Below, one piece after another: positions 35,502-45,592 of a DNA stretch of 64,000 nucleotides (positions within the stretch are counted from its first letter, which is position 1; the number at the start of each line of letters is the position of its first letter). A program made the translations under genes and the position numbers. Source of the stretch: a virus. Its lineage: Duplodnaviria; Caudoviricetes. Where the stretch lies: positions 1 to 64,000 of the IMG/VR virus record IMGVR_UViG_3300042465_005116, one strand, 5' to 3'. Under the pieces are notes generated by a model that saw only the letters and a program-made list of their open reading frames with translations, was not told where the DNA came from and did not search any database.

Positions 35502-37085
35502 TTATTTAATCAACCAAGTCAAATCTTCGTCTTGATTACCCACTCTCATTGACCACGGATTATCATCCATTGAACTACCACCATAGAAACCAGATTCTTG
35601 TATTTGTTGTTGAATTCCACCTAATGATTTGATAGTTAAATCAATTCCTTCCTGTCTTAATCTCAATGCGGTATCTCTAACCCATAGAGCAATCGATAAC
35701 GCCATCACTAAGTCATCATTGTATCCCCTCATTGCTTCTGCACGATTGTTGTTCCATATAAAGGTAAAAAGCTCCTCTATCAACCTATTAGAACGTATGG
35801 TGATAGATTTCTCTCTGAAGTAATCATCCAACTTTGAAATAATTAGAGGTCTTGTCTTAGATGTGGTTGAAAATCCTGCAACCATACCTCTTTCTTCCGC
35901 CCTAAACTTATTATGCATCTGATGTTCTACATCTACATACTTTAAATCCTTACTCATATAGAATAAGTTTTTATATCCTCTATCAATTACTTGCTGGATA
36001 ACTGCCCAACCAATATTTGCGTTCTCTATTACTAAAAGTGCTTCGTTATAATCAGTTGCTAAGGAAACTAAGAAATTTCCAAAATCTTTTGTATCTAATT
36101 TTCCTTTGTATTCTGCTACTTGTACCGAATTAACAATATCAATCACTTGTGCGGCGGAGTAATCCGTAGAATCTCCACGTGCAACGTCCGCAACAACCAT
36201 ATATGATTTTTGATAATCGGGATATTCCCATTTCCAAAGATTTCCATCAAAGCCAGTTTTTTCTAATGGTTCTTGTACAAAAGATTCTTTATAAAACATT
36301 AGAAGTTGTGGGTCTATGACACTATCACCGGATGATACGAAATCGCAATCACATTCCTGTGCTGCACCCTTTGCTCCCAAAAGTACTTGTTGTTCATCTC
36401 TCCATTCTTGATTTCTTTCGGGGTGAACCGTCCAATGTAAACGGACTGTATTGAATCCATTAGTTCCATCCTCTGCACCAACCCAAGTCCTATGAAAGAA
36501 ATTACCCACACCATTAGGAGTAGAAAGAATAATTGCATTACCACCCGTTGATAGAGTAGATTGTGCAGATATCCAAATTTCTTCAATGTTATCAATGAAT
36601 GCTGCCTCATCAAATACTAATAGGGATAGTGCTTCAGAACGACCAGCATCACCTGCTGCAGAAGTTGCTTTTGCCTGTGAACCATTTGAGTATCGTAATG
36701 AAAGTTTATTATCTTCAACTGTTGTTTGTTTTAACCAACTAGGTAAATATTGATTCATTACCCTAATTTTAGTAATAAGGTTTTTAGCAACTTCTTGTTT
36801 AGTTGCAATTACCAATACGTTAAAATCTTGATTAAATAACATTTTCCACAATGCAAATCCCGCAGTTAAGGTAGATATACCAGTTTGACGAGATTTTAGA
36901 ATGATGTTATATCGATGGTCTTTGAATTGTGTTAGTGTATTTTCTTGAAATGGATATAAATGAAATGGTATTTTACCGCGGACAGGGTGCTGAATCATAC
37001 AATACTTTTTCATAAAGTATATAGGGTCACCAGCACATCGTTGGTATTCTAATTTTATTATATCTTTTAATGAAGCACCTGCCAT
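35502..37085 (-). CDS. gp17: Terminase large subunit (T4 gp17-like)
   Basis: Walker A LKSRQTGIST, Walker B LLVFDEAAF, STPNG, nuclease motifs VVADVARG and YNDDLVMA. Confidence 0.96.
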   Translation of the reverse strand: MAGASLKDIIKLEYQRCAGDPIYFMKKYCMIQHPVRGKIPFHLYPFQENTLTQFKDHRYNIILKSRQTGISTLTAGFALWKMLFNQDFNVLVIATKQEVAKNLITKIRVMNQYLPSWLKQTTVEDNKLSLRYSNGSQAKATSAAGDAGRSEALSLLVFDEAAFIDNIEEIWISAQSTLSTGGNAIILSTPNGVGNFFHRTWVGAEDGTNGFNTVRLHWTVHPERNQEWRDEQQVLLGAKGAAQECDCDFVSSGDSVIDPQLLMFYKESFVQEPLEKTGFDGNLWKWEYPDYQKSYMVVADVARGDSTDYSAAQVIDIVNSVQVAEYKGKLDTKDFGNFLVSLATDYNEALLVIENANIGWAVIQQVIDRGYKNLFYMSKDLKYVDVEHQMHNKFRAEERGMVAGFSTTSKTRPLIISKLDDYFREKSITIRSNRLIEELFTFIWNNNRAEAMRGYNDDLVMALSIALWVRDTALRLRQEGIDLTIKSLGGIQQQIQESGFYGGSSMDDNPWSMRVGNQDEDLTWLIK

Positions 37086-37097
37086 TATTGTTTTGTA

Positions 37098-37757
37098 TTA
37101 AACGTAATGTTCACAATTATGTTCTTTTAAAATTTCGAACGCTTTATTACGGAATTCTTCTATTTTTTGTAATTCTTCCTTACCATTTGTAATAATTTCC
37201 ATTATTTCAGCACGAGTATCTTCTACTGAATTTGGTAATTCCCATTTTTCCGTAGTTCCATCCTCATTAACATATTCGTAATAAGGTTTCACATCATCAT
37301 GTGCTTGTTGGAGTTCTTCTAATTTTATTTTACCATCGATTATCATACGAGTGTATATTTTATAATCCTCGTATTGTTCCCATACTCCGGCAACTCGTAC
37401 ATTATGTTCTCTTTCCGCTAAACAATTGATACAATATCCAGTTTTTTTAATAACTTTCTTATGATTACTATTAATCTTTATTGTAGTACAATCTGGGTTA
37501 GAGCATCTTTCTAATTCTGCTATATATTTTCTGATTTCATCAAATGCTTCAGAGTTTTTAGAAGTTTTCATTGTGAATCCTTCTTTTTTCTCATATCTAT
37601 GATGTTCATCTTCCCAAACATCACCAACCTTTCGTTCTACGTTAGCGGTTTCCCATCCAACTGTGGTGTTTTTAGCATATTCACCACCGGTCATAACCAT
37701 ATCCACCAACTTCCTACGAGTTGGATGCATAAACTTTTTATTAAATTCCTTTGCCAT
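37098..37757 (-). CDS. Hypothetical protein with two CxxC-like pairs (possible Zn finger)
   Basis: CSNPDC...CINC; directly upstream of TerL. A small-terminase role is not demonstrable from the sequence. Confidence 0.6.
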   Translation of the reverse strand: MAKEFNKKFMHPTRRKLVDMVMTGGEYAKNTTVGWETANVERKVGDVWEDEHHRYEKKEGFTMKTSKNSEAFDEIRKYIAELERCSNPDCTTIKINSNHKKVIKKTGYCINCLAEREHNVRVAGVWEQYEDYKIYTRMIIDGKIKLEELQQAHDDVKPYYEYVNEDGTTEKWELPNSVEDTRAEIMEIITNGKEELQKIEEFRNKAFEILKEHNCEHYV

Positions 37758-37790
37758 TATTATATATTAGGTTTTTATTTTAATATATAT

Positions 37791-37798
37791 ATAAGTAT
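37791..37798 (-). promoter_or_regulatory. Putative late promoter motif
   Basis: ATACTTAT 33 nt before the ATG at 37757. Confidence 0.5.
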
Positions 37799-37810
37799 AT
37801 ATAAAATAAA

Positions 37811-40800
37811 TTATGCGTAAAAAATACCCAATAATTGATTCAGAGAGGCGAATGCTCCTGTTAATTTGAATGTCTGTCCGTTATATACAAATACAATTCC
37901 TTCGATTGGTACGATTCTTTTAGCACCACCAATTGCATTTAATCTTTTAAGTTCTAATTTTAGTTTATCTATCTTCTTAGGGTCTCCACTTGCCTGAACA
38001 TCCTTTATAGTTTGTTCTAAACGTTTCTTCATATCCCTTAGAGCGGAATCTGGATTAACTGTTAATACCGATGCGGTAAATTCTAATACATCTGCCCCAA
38101 CTCCTAAGAAAATATCTTCAAATTTCATTAAGTTATCTTTTGAAATACCCTTATGGTCTTCTTTATCTATCTTAGTAGCCCATGCAAGAGTTTTTTCATC
38201 CTTAATTGAATTCTTATCAATACGAAATCCCTTTTCGTTAAACGCCCATCTCTTAACTAACCCCATTTTAGTGGCGTTATCTAATGTAGTTGGTGTTTTC
38301 TTATCTACAAAGTTCTCCCACCATGCTTGATGGTAATCGGCAACACCTGCAGTATCTCCTAATCCAAATTCTTTTTGTAATTTAGATATCATAGTAAGAT
38401 ACTTACCTTTCTTAGATGATAGGTCTTGTGATTTTGGTAACTTTAATACCGGTGGCCCTTGTAGTGTATACTTTGATTGAACATCTGCGTTTACTTGTTT
38501 AAGCATTCCACCCAATACTCTACCTGCTTCTGCCGATTCCCCTATTGCATCACCATTCTCATCGTACTCCATTGTTCCGTGAAATACTAATAATGGTTGT
38601 CCGTAAGGAATGACGTTGACTGAGGTAGGATATATCACCTCTATGTTCATAAAACACGAACCATTCTTAAATACCTTATCTTTTTGTGATTGGGATAATG
38701 ATTTTATAGCATTAGATAGGTCTTTCATCGCAAAATTGTAGGCATCAGTTAATTCACCTCTACCCGCAAACTTATCTGCTACTCCGTTGATATCTAACGC
38801 CCCTGCACCTTTGTTTTTCAAATGTGATTTGTTTCTTGCTGCTACTAATCTACCATCTATCCAACTAATTGCTAATGCTTGACCATCGGTTTTCTCTCTA
38901 GCAAATTCTAAGTTACCATCCAATGCACGATTTACAATATCTTTAAGTTGACCAAATGTTAAATTGATTTCAGTATCAAACGGATGATTCATATGTCCAT
39001 ATGCACCACCTTCCATTATTAGGGATTCATTTATTGATTCCGTATTTAAAGATAATAAATCCCAATCTAATTCTTTACTATCAAAATCAATGCCATTACT
39101 ATAAACATCTTTTACTATTACACCTACTTGTTTCATTTGGTTTGCTAAATCCTTAACAACATTTGGTTTCATATTAATAAGACTTACCGAACCTGCACCA
39201 TTATATTCATACCCACTTCCCTCATATTTACGGAAACCTCTTACACTAGTACTATATGATTCTACTTTTTTTATACGATTCTTTTTAAAAATAGCATTTA
39301 TTTCTTTTTTTACAATATTTCTTTCAGCTTCATTTATAGATTCAGTTGTGAATACAGGAGTAGATGATTTGAAATCAGCTTTTCTCATTACCGTCTTAGC
39401 AATCAATCTATTAGCCACTTTAATAAATGCTATATTGATATTTGATACTCTATCTTTAACTACAAACTCTTTATATTGTTTTAGGAACTCTAAAAATTTC
39501 TTTTTGTTTCTAGCCAATCTTTTGAATAATCCTGTTAATTCTGCAGGAGATATTTCTTTACCATTTCGCGGGTCGTTTAACCTTTGAAAGAAATGGTCAG
39601 TTTCTTTTCCTAAATCAACATCAGTTGGATTCATTTGTGAATCGGCATATTTTTCAACCGCATCCATATCGGTTTTTGCCATTTCAACTTTAACTTTTTC
39701 TCTTAATACTGCACTTTGAGATGAATAAAAGTATCTATCAATTAATTTATTTTCTAATTTTTTAAATCCAATATTTTTATGACAATTATGGAATGGATTT
39801 TGTTGTTTCACCAAAAGTATTTGATGTGTTATCTCGTGTAATATTGCCCTTTCTATATCAGTAACCTTACTCAAATCAAAAGTAATATATTCTGGTATAA
39901 ATGTTTTAGTATCAAATGTAGTTGCAGCACCTGCACGACCAACTGAACCAAATTTAATTGCGATGGGTTTTATCTTTAAATCTTTACAAATTTCTTTGTA
40001 GTAATTTACAACACTTTCTTTTTTAACTTCGGTTAATGGTTCGTTAGGTATATCATCAACTTGTACCGCTATTTCCTCTAAATCATCTTGACCTGAATCT
40101 TTTACTTTAAAATTAGCTTTTTTATTATCGTATTTTCTCGAATGTGTTCTTGCCCAATCTGCGTAATTATTAACTGTTCCATCATAGTAATAATTTTCTT
40201 TAATATCACCCTTTTCATCTTTGTTAGAATTAAATGATTCTATTGCAGAAGCCATTACTTCATTTGGTATTTTTGCACTTTCTAATTTCTTACTTATAAT
40301 AGCTATGAATTTTAACATATCTGCATCTGATTCTTCCTCTCCTGCAAATAGTGCTGCTTTACCTGCACCTATTGCTATAGTTTCAACAACTATATGAGGA
40401 ATAAATTCCACCATTAAGTGTTTACCAAAAGCAGCAGCTCCATGTGCCAAACCACCACCAGCCGCACCAAATGTTGCTGCTAATGCAACTTTTTTAGCTA
40501 CACTAATTAAAGCCTTTTTTTCAGAATCAGAAACTTTACCACCACTAAAAAAGTTTTTAACACCACTACCGGCTTCTTTAAACAAATGAACTTCATGTTT
40601 AGCACCATGTTTAATTGCTTCTAATGCACCTTTAGCTTTGTCTTTAACTGCTTCTCCAAAACTTCTTCGTTCTGGTGATTCTCCCTTGTGTACTTTTTGT
40701 ATGAAAAATTGTTTTTCGTCTATACTCCAATTCTTTACACCATCTTTAATTTTTTGAAGAGCCATTGGAGCATTTTTATTTATATCTACCTTTGGAGTAT

Positions 40801-42763
40801 CTCGTGGTGTTTCTTCTTCATCATAGTTAAATTCACCATCGTAATCTAGTATCTTTACAGGTAATTTTTTACCATATGCAGTAAATGACATTAAACGAGT
40901 ATTTCCTGCTAATAAATGCAATTTACCATTCTTATCTCTTAATACTAATGGTGGAGGAACATCACTACCACCTTCAATACCTTTTTCTAATCTATCCCAA
41001 TCTTTACCATATTCATCTGCAAGTTCTTTACCTCTTGCTTTCATCGAATCTTTGCCACCCTCTTCACTTGCCGAAAGAATATCACCAACATCAGTATTAC
41101 TCATGTTTTGTAGTTCTTCAGATGAGATATAAACAGGTTTAGCATCTTTCATTTTTTGAATCATTTCTGATTCATCTTTAAATGCGTTTGGTGCAACTTT
41201 CTTAGTTACATCATTTTCAAAATATTCACCCGTTTCACCTTTATATTCTTCATCACTATAATCTCTGATGGTGGTTACTTTTGCTCTATCATCATCTAAA
41301 ATTTCCCAACCATCTTTTCCACTTGTCCAATCTTCAGCCGGTTCTTTTGTAGGTTCTTGTTTTGGTTCTTCTTTAGGTTGTTTAACACTTTTATCGTGTT
41401 TAAACATATCCGCCCCTTGTACTGCTTGACCAGTTGGTTTAGCTTCACCACCCTTATCATCTCCCCCAATAGGACTATATTTTCCACTATCATCTTTTTT
41501 AAATAGTGGTGCACCTTCTACATCTTTTTTACTTTTTTCTTTGTATTTACCATACCCAACGTGCACGTATTTATCATCTTCGCCATCACTTTCAAATAGT
41601 GAATCTAATAAATCAGAATAATCAGATATTAATTCTGAAATAGAATCTTTTTGTTTTACTTTCTTTTTCAATCGTTTTTCCACCTTTTCAATTTTTTCAA
41701 TATCTTGAGTTACATCAACATCATCGAAACCAAATGGATATGTAGTTGGTTTATTCAAACTTCTAGCGTTGTTTTTTGATTTGATTTTAAATGTTATTTG
41801 GTTTTCATCATCTGCTGCGTAAATTGCATCTGCTTTAGGGAAATCAGTTTGAGTATAACCACCCCTAACAAACCACTCATCACTACTATTAACACCATCA
41901 TCTCCACCCAATACTCTTGCTTTACCTTTTGGTAGGTATCCACCATCTGGTTGTGAATCTTCTCCACCAGAAACTGTTGCTGCTTCTTTAAAAATATTTT
42001 GTTTTGGTATTATTCTAAATGTAGCTACTTTTTTACCATTAATGGTTGGCATTCCATGTTCATCTTTGCCAATTGATTTAACTACTGTTTTTTTATTTTT
42101 AAATTTACCCATTAAAATAGTATCGCCTATTTCAACATCTAATTTAATTTCTTCTTTTATAGATTCACTCAATTTATCCAATTTAAGTGTAATCAATTTA
42201 AATATTTTTTCATCAAACTTTGGATATGCTTTTAAAAATCCTGCTTTCCTTTGTTCTTCATCGCCCTTGCTTAACCAATTTCGTACATTAGTACCGGATA
42301 TTGGGTTTGATTGTGAGGGGGAAACGTATACATAACCTTTATCTTTATATCCTTGTTCTATCTTACCTTTATATTTCTCAAAATACTTTCCACCCAATCT
42401 CATCTCATCTTTTTCACCAACAACACTTATATAACCAGTTGTAGTTTCATCAAAGTTTTTTAAGATTTCAGTTGGTGCATAAGGATTCTTAATCTCAACT
42501 ATTTTGTTTGATGGAATACCAAACATTTTAGTCATGATTATTTTCTTTTCCTTAAAATTAAATGGAGATTGTCTATTATCGGTTTTATTAGATGTTCCAA
42601 TAAACACTTTATCCTTACCAAACTTTTTACAAAGATTTTGATAAGTTGCGTAGTGACCCTTATGAAAAGGCTGGAATCTGCCTGAATATACTACAACAAA
42701 GTTGCGTAATTCAGTTTCTTCTAATAAAATTTGATTGACAAGATATTGACTTAGTTCATTCAT
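37811..42763 (-). CDS. 1650-aa multi-domain protein: HxGH nucleotidyltransferase + ParB/Srx-like + HEXXH metalloprotease-like + ligase-superfamily nucleotidyltransferase
   Basis: SGRFQPFHKGH; VPPPLVL...LAGNTR; ILHEITH (39824-39838); EKTDGQ (38879-38896)...IEV...EGIVF...FKL. ES(I)(N/K)E linkers lie between domains. Confidence 0.75.
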   Translation of the reverse strand: MNELSQYLVNQILLEETELRNFVVVYSGRFQPFHKGHYATYQNLCKKFGKDKVFIGTSNKTDNRQSPFNFKEKKIIMTKMFGIPSNKIVEIKNPYAPTEILKNFDETTTGYISVVGEKDEMRLGGKYFEKYKGKIEQGYKDKGYVYVSPSQSNPISGTNVRNWLSKGDEEQRKAGFLKAYPKFDEKIFKLITLKLDKLSESIKEEIKLDVEIGDTILMGKFKNKKTVVKSIGKDEHGMPTINGKKVATFRIIPKQNIFKEAATVSGGEDSQPDGGYLPKGKARVLGGDDGVNSSDEWFVRGGYTQTDFPKADAIYAADDENQITFKIKSKNNARSLNKPTTYPFGFDDVDVTQDIEKIEKVEKRLKKKVKQKDSISELISDYSDLLDSLFESDGEDDKYVHVGYGKYKEKSKKDVEGAPLFKKDDSGKYSPIGGDDKGGEAKPTGQAVQGADMFKHDKSVKQPKEEPKQEPTKEPAEDWTSGKDGWEILDDDRAKVTTIRDYSDEEYKGETGEYFENDVTKKVAPNAFKDESEMIQKMKDAKPVYISSEELQNMSNTDVGDILSASEEGGKDSMKARGKELADEYGKDWDRLEKGIEGGSDVPPPLVLRDKNGKLHLLAGNTRLMSFTAYGKKLPVKILDYDGEFNYDEEETPRDTPKVDINKNAPMALQKIKDGVKNWSIDEKQFFIQKVHKGESPERRSFGEAVKDKAKGALEAIKHGAKHEVHLFKEAGSGVKNFFSGGKVSDSEKKALISVAKKVALAATFGAAGGGLAHGAAAFGKHLMVEFIPHIVVETIAIGAGKAALFAGEEESDADMLKFIAIISKKLESAKIPNEVMASAIESFNSNKDEKGDIKENYYYDGTVNNYADWARTHSRKYDNKKANFKVKDSGQDDLEEIAVQVDDIPNEPLTEVKKESVVNYYKEICKDLKIKPIAIKFGSVGRAGAATTFDTKTFIPEYITFDLSKVTDIERAILHEITHQILLVKQQNPFHNCHKNIGFKKLENKLIDRYFYSSQSAVLREKVKVEMAKTDMDAVEKYADSQMNPTDVDLGKETDHFFQRLNDPRNGKEISPAELTGLFKRLARNKKKFLEFLKQYKEFVVKDRVSNINIAFIKVANRLIAKTVMRKADFKSSTPVFTTESINEAERNIVKKEINAIFKKNRIKKVESYSTSVRGFRKYEGSGYEYNGAGSVSLINMKPNVVKDLANQMKQVGVIVKDVYSNGIDFDSKELDWDLLSLNTESINESLIMEGGAYGHMNHPFDTEINLTFGQLKDIVNRALDGNLEFAREKTDGQALAISWIDGRLVAARNKSHLKNKGAGALDINGVADKFAGRGELTDAYNFAMKDLSNAIKSLSQSQKDKVFKNGSCFMNIEVIYPTSVNVIPYGQPLLVFHGTMEYDENGDAIGESAEAGRVLGGMLKQVNADVQSKYTLQGPPVLKLPKSQDLSSKKGKYLTMISKLQKEFGLGDTAGVADYHQAWWENFVDKKTPTTLDNATKMGLVKRWAFNEKGFRIDKNSIKDEKTLAWATKIDKEDHKGISKDNLMKFEDIFLGVGADVLEFTASVLTVNPDSALRDMKKRLEQTIKDVQASGDPKKIDKLKLELKRLNAIGGAKRIVPIEGIVFVYNGQTFKLTGAFASLNQLLGIFYA

Positions 42764-42785
42764 TTGTGTAGTACTCTATTAGTGT

Positions 42786-42793
42786 ATAAATAT
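42786..42793 (-). promoter_or_regulatory. Putative late promoter motif
   Basis: ATATTTAT 22 nt before the ATG at 42763. Confidence 0.5.
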
Positions 42794-42807
42794 GAATGAG
42801 TTAAGAA

Positions 42808-42927
42808 TTAGTGATTTTTATAAACGAATGGGTCTCTTTTACGGAGTTCTTCTAAACGTTTTTTATATTGTTTTTTTAATTTACGTTGTTTGAACCAATC
42901 TGTTATTTTTTTAATAAGCTTTTTCAT
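42808..42927 (-). CDS. Small 39-aa basic protein missed by the ORF track
   Basis: MKKLIKKITDWFKQRKLKKQYKKRLEELRKRDPFVYKNH*. The LxELxKRDPFxY ending is one I recall from other T4-like phage micro-ORFs. Confidence 0.65.
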   Translation of the reverse strand: MKKLIKKITDWFKQRKLKKQYKKRLEELRKRDPFVYKNH

Positions 42928-44320
42928 TAATAGTTTTTTTTAAGTTAATTATAAATTCACTTTCAATTTCATCTTTATTATTTGCGTATTCAAACAATAA
43001 ATTTCTATTATAAATAAGTATTTCAAAAATTGATTTATACCACTCATTTAATTCTTCAAAAGATAATGAATTTAATCTCATAATTTCGGCATATATGGAT
43101 TCCATACGTTCTGCATCATCTTTTATATTATCATACTCTTCATTTATAAATGGAGAAAATGTTTTAAATCCTAATTTTTTTAATTCAACAAGTGCACCTG
43201 ACTTATTAACCATTATAAATGGTTGTAAGTGTCCAATTGGTTTCCATGTCTTTTCGGAAAGATATAATCCGGTTTCATAAAAATTAGTTTCTGATAAAAT
43301 ATGAATATATGAATTTAAATAAGGTTCTTTATTTTCAAAATTAAATCCCCAAACTGATTCTATATCGTCATAATCAATTGTTTGTTTTTTTAGTTTAATT
43401 ATATTTTGAAATTCTTTATATGCACTTAATGCTAAATTACTAGTGTGTAAATGATGTGAAAAAAATGAAAGATTATTTTCTCTTTCAAACATATCAATAT
43501 CAAATGAAACTAAATTTTCTTTTATAAAATCAATACCTAATAATGAAAGTAATGTAATACGTTGTGGTCTTAATCGTCTATTCATAAATAAAAATTTATG
43601 TTTTCTAATAGAAAAATTAATATCACTTTCTTTTACAATAGTACTTGTATTATTAACGTGTTCCCAAAAATTATCCTTTACTCCATTAAAAATTTGTTGC
43701 ATTTCTAATGATTTCATTCTTAATGACCATCCCCAATAAATTACTTTCATTTTATCAGTAATATTATTTTCTAAACAAATTTTATTGTGCAGTTCCTCAA
43801 TATCAACACTAGAAATTGTGAATATAACTTTATTAGCGGGAATTTCATATTTTTTAAACAATTCGTATAAATACACTATTAAATGCTCTTCAAATACACC
43901 TTCAGTTGAAAAATTAATATGTAAATAAAAATTAGGTGTATTTTTTATTTCTGTTAATGCATGGGTTGATATAAAATCTATAAAATTCCATTCTGAAAAT
44001 TGAGTTTGTTTTCCTAAAAATTGTGAAAAACTTCCAAATGGTTCTACTAAATATACAAAACTTTTATTACTTTTTATTCTAATATCATAATACTCATTGA
44101 AGGATAATTTAGTATATAAGTTTGTATTTAAATTTAAATTTGCATTATAAACGGGTGGTTGTAAATAATTTTTAAAAAAATGTTCACTAACTGAACTATT
44201 TACTTCCCCACCTTCTTCAAAAAATTTGTAAGAATAAAAATAATTAAACGCGTTTGGAATCCAACCAGATGGGCCAAAGAAATCATAAACTGCGTGAAAA
44301 TTATCAATCGTATTATGCAT
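42911..44320 (-). CDS. Putative glycosyltransferase (GT10-like SEK/TEK motif), paralog 1
   Basis: FLFMNRRLRPQR...SYIHILSET...LSEKTWKPI...QPFI...LKKLGFKTF...EYD. Confidence 0.5.
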   Translation of the reverse strand: MHNTIDNFHAVYDFFGPSGWIPNAFNYFYSYKFFEEGGEVNSSVSEHFFKNYLQPPVYNANLNLNTNLYTKLSFNEYYDIRIKSNKSFVYLVEPFGSFSQFLGKQTQFSEWNFIDFISTHALTEIKNTPNFYLHINFSTEGVFEEHLIVYLYELFKKYEIPANKVIFTISSVDIEELHNKICLENNITDKMKVIYWGWSLRMKSLEMQQIFNGVKDNFWEHVNNTSTIVKESDINFSIRKHKFLFMNRRLRPQRITLLSLLGIDFIKENLVSFDIDMFERENNLSFFSHHLHTSNLALSAYKEFQNIIKLKKQTIDYDDIESVWGFNFENKEPYLNSYIHILSETNFYETGLYLSEKTWKPIGHLQPFIMVNKSGALVELKKLGFKTFSPFINEEYDNIKDDAERMESIYAEIMRLNSLSFEELNEWYKSIFEILIYNRNLLFEYANNKDEIESEFIINLKKTINEKAY

Positions 44321-44858
44321 AGTATAATTCAGGGTATTCTGCTAATACATGAATACCAATATTTTCGGTTGCGTATTTATATGATAATTCAACGTCTTGC
44401 CAAGTCTTTAAATCGTGAAATTCTATATTAGGACACATTGATTTAAATTCATCTATATAATTTCCTTTATGTTGATGACCAGGGTCTAATGGTTTATCAG
44501 AACCCTTACCTACTCTAATTAAAATATGAGGATTCCATTGACCATTTGACATTTTCTTAATTTTATCTAAATGATTTACCAATTGATTTGATGCACAAAT
44601 TAAAAAATCCCAACGAGGATAAAATGTAACAACTTTATGACCAGCCATAGCTAATCCTAAACTCATACCTAATTGAGTCTCTTCCATTACTGGAGTTTCT
44701 ATCATTTTTTCTTTTGGTAATCCCTCAATTGTTTTTGACATTGGATTTCCATAATAAACTATTTGTTGACCAATAAATATAGTTGATTCATCTTGCATAA
44801 TAGTTTTCATAGCAGTTGTCAATGCATCAACATATGGTGTAAATTGTGGTGTACTCAT
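44313..44858 (-). CDS. TPP-dependent enzyme beta-like subunit (PDH E1-beta / transketolase pyrimidine-binding domain only)
   Basis: IETPVMEETQLGMSLGLAMAG...RWDFLICASNQLVNHLDK...PLDPGHQH. Confidence 0.85.
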   Translation of the reverse strand: MSTPQFTPYVDALTTAMKTIMQDESTIFIGQQIVYYGNPMSKTIEGLPKEKMIETPVMEETQLGMSLGLAMAGHKVVTFYPRWDFLICASNQLVNHLDKIKKMSNGQWNPHILIRVGKGSDKPLDPGHQHKGNYIDEFKSMCPNIEFHDLKTWQDVELSYKYATENIGIHVLAEYPELYYA

Positions 44859-44866
44859 TTTTTAAT

Positions 44867-45592
44867 TTAATTTGGTTGCCAATTATCTTTTTTTAATTTT
44901 TTAATTATTGATTCTGCGACACATTTATGTCCTTTTAGATTAAGATGTATATCATTTTTTTGTAATCCTTGTGATACAAAATCAGATGCTATTGTTACAT
45001 TGTATTCATCTCTATGTAGAAAGTATTCAAATGAATTTTTTGTATCACCATCTATTTCTATATCAACATGTCTATCTTTAAAATATTTTTGATATAATGG
45101 ATGATTTGGAAATTCTTCATACCAACTAAGTGTTACAACTTTAACACCCTCCGATTCCCATTTAGTAATTTCATTATTTACAAATTCAATTTGCTGTTCT
45201 ATTGACATTACATCACCAGTCAACCAACCTTCCTTTGTACGAATTTTATTTACATAATCTCTATATTGTGATGTAAATTGATATATTATTAATCCCATTT
45301 TTGATATTGGTAGATTAACTGTTTCCTGTAAATAACCATTTACATAATCTTCTATATTTCTTACATTTGAACCACCATTTCCACTATTAGCAATATCCCA
45401 CATTTTGTATTCATTTGCTACGATTCTTAAAAATCTATTTTCATCTTTAAACTTAATGTGGTCTTCAGTTAGGGTGTAATCAAATCGATGATATTCTTTT
45501 AACGCTGGTAAATCTGGTAGATTACTATAAAAATATAATCCCTCACCCCACGTGAACGAACAACCGATACCCAATACACCCTTTGTATTCAT
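44867..45592 (-). CDS. Hypothetical protein, SGNH/GDSL-hydrolase-like
   Basis: GCSFTWG near the N-terminus, GNGGSN, and DIHLNLKGH near the C-terminus. Confidence 0.5.
   Translation of the reverse strand: MNTKGVLGIGCSFTWGEGLYFYSNLPDLPALKEYHRFDYTLTEDHIKFKDENRFLRIVANEYKMWDIANSGNGGSNVRNIEDYVNGYLQETVNLPISKMGLIIYQFTSQYRDYVNKIRTKEGWLTGDVMSIEQQIEFVNNEITKWESEGVKVVTLSWYEEFPNHPLYQKYFKDRHVDIEIDGDTKNSFEYFLHRDEYNVTIASDFVSQGLQKNDIHLNLKGHKCVAESIIKKLKKDNWQPN

Noticed and set aside
36314-36613. 99-aa minus-strand ORF inside the terminase gene
   Set aside because: An alternative frame of TerL with no recognisable motif or start signal.
37098-37757. Small terminase call for the gene upstream of TerL
   Set aside because: Only positional support; no gp16-like motif recognised.
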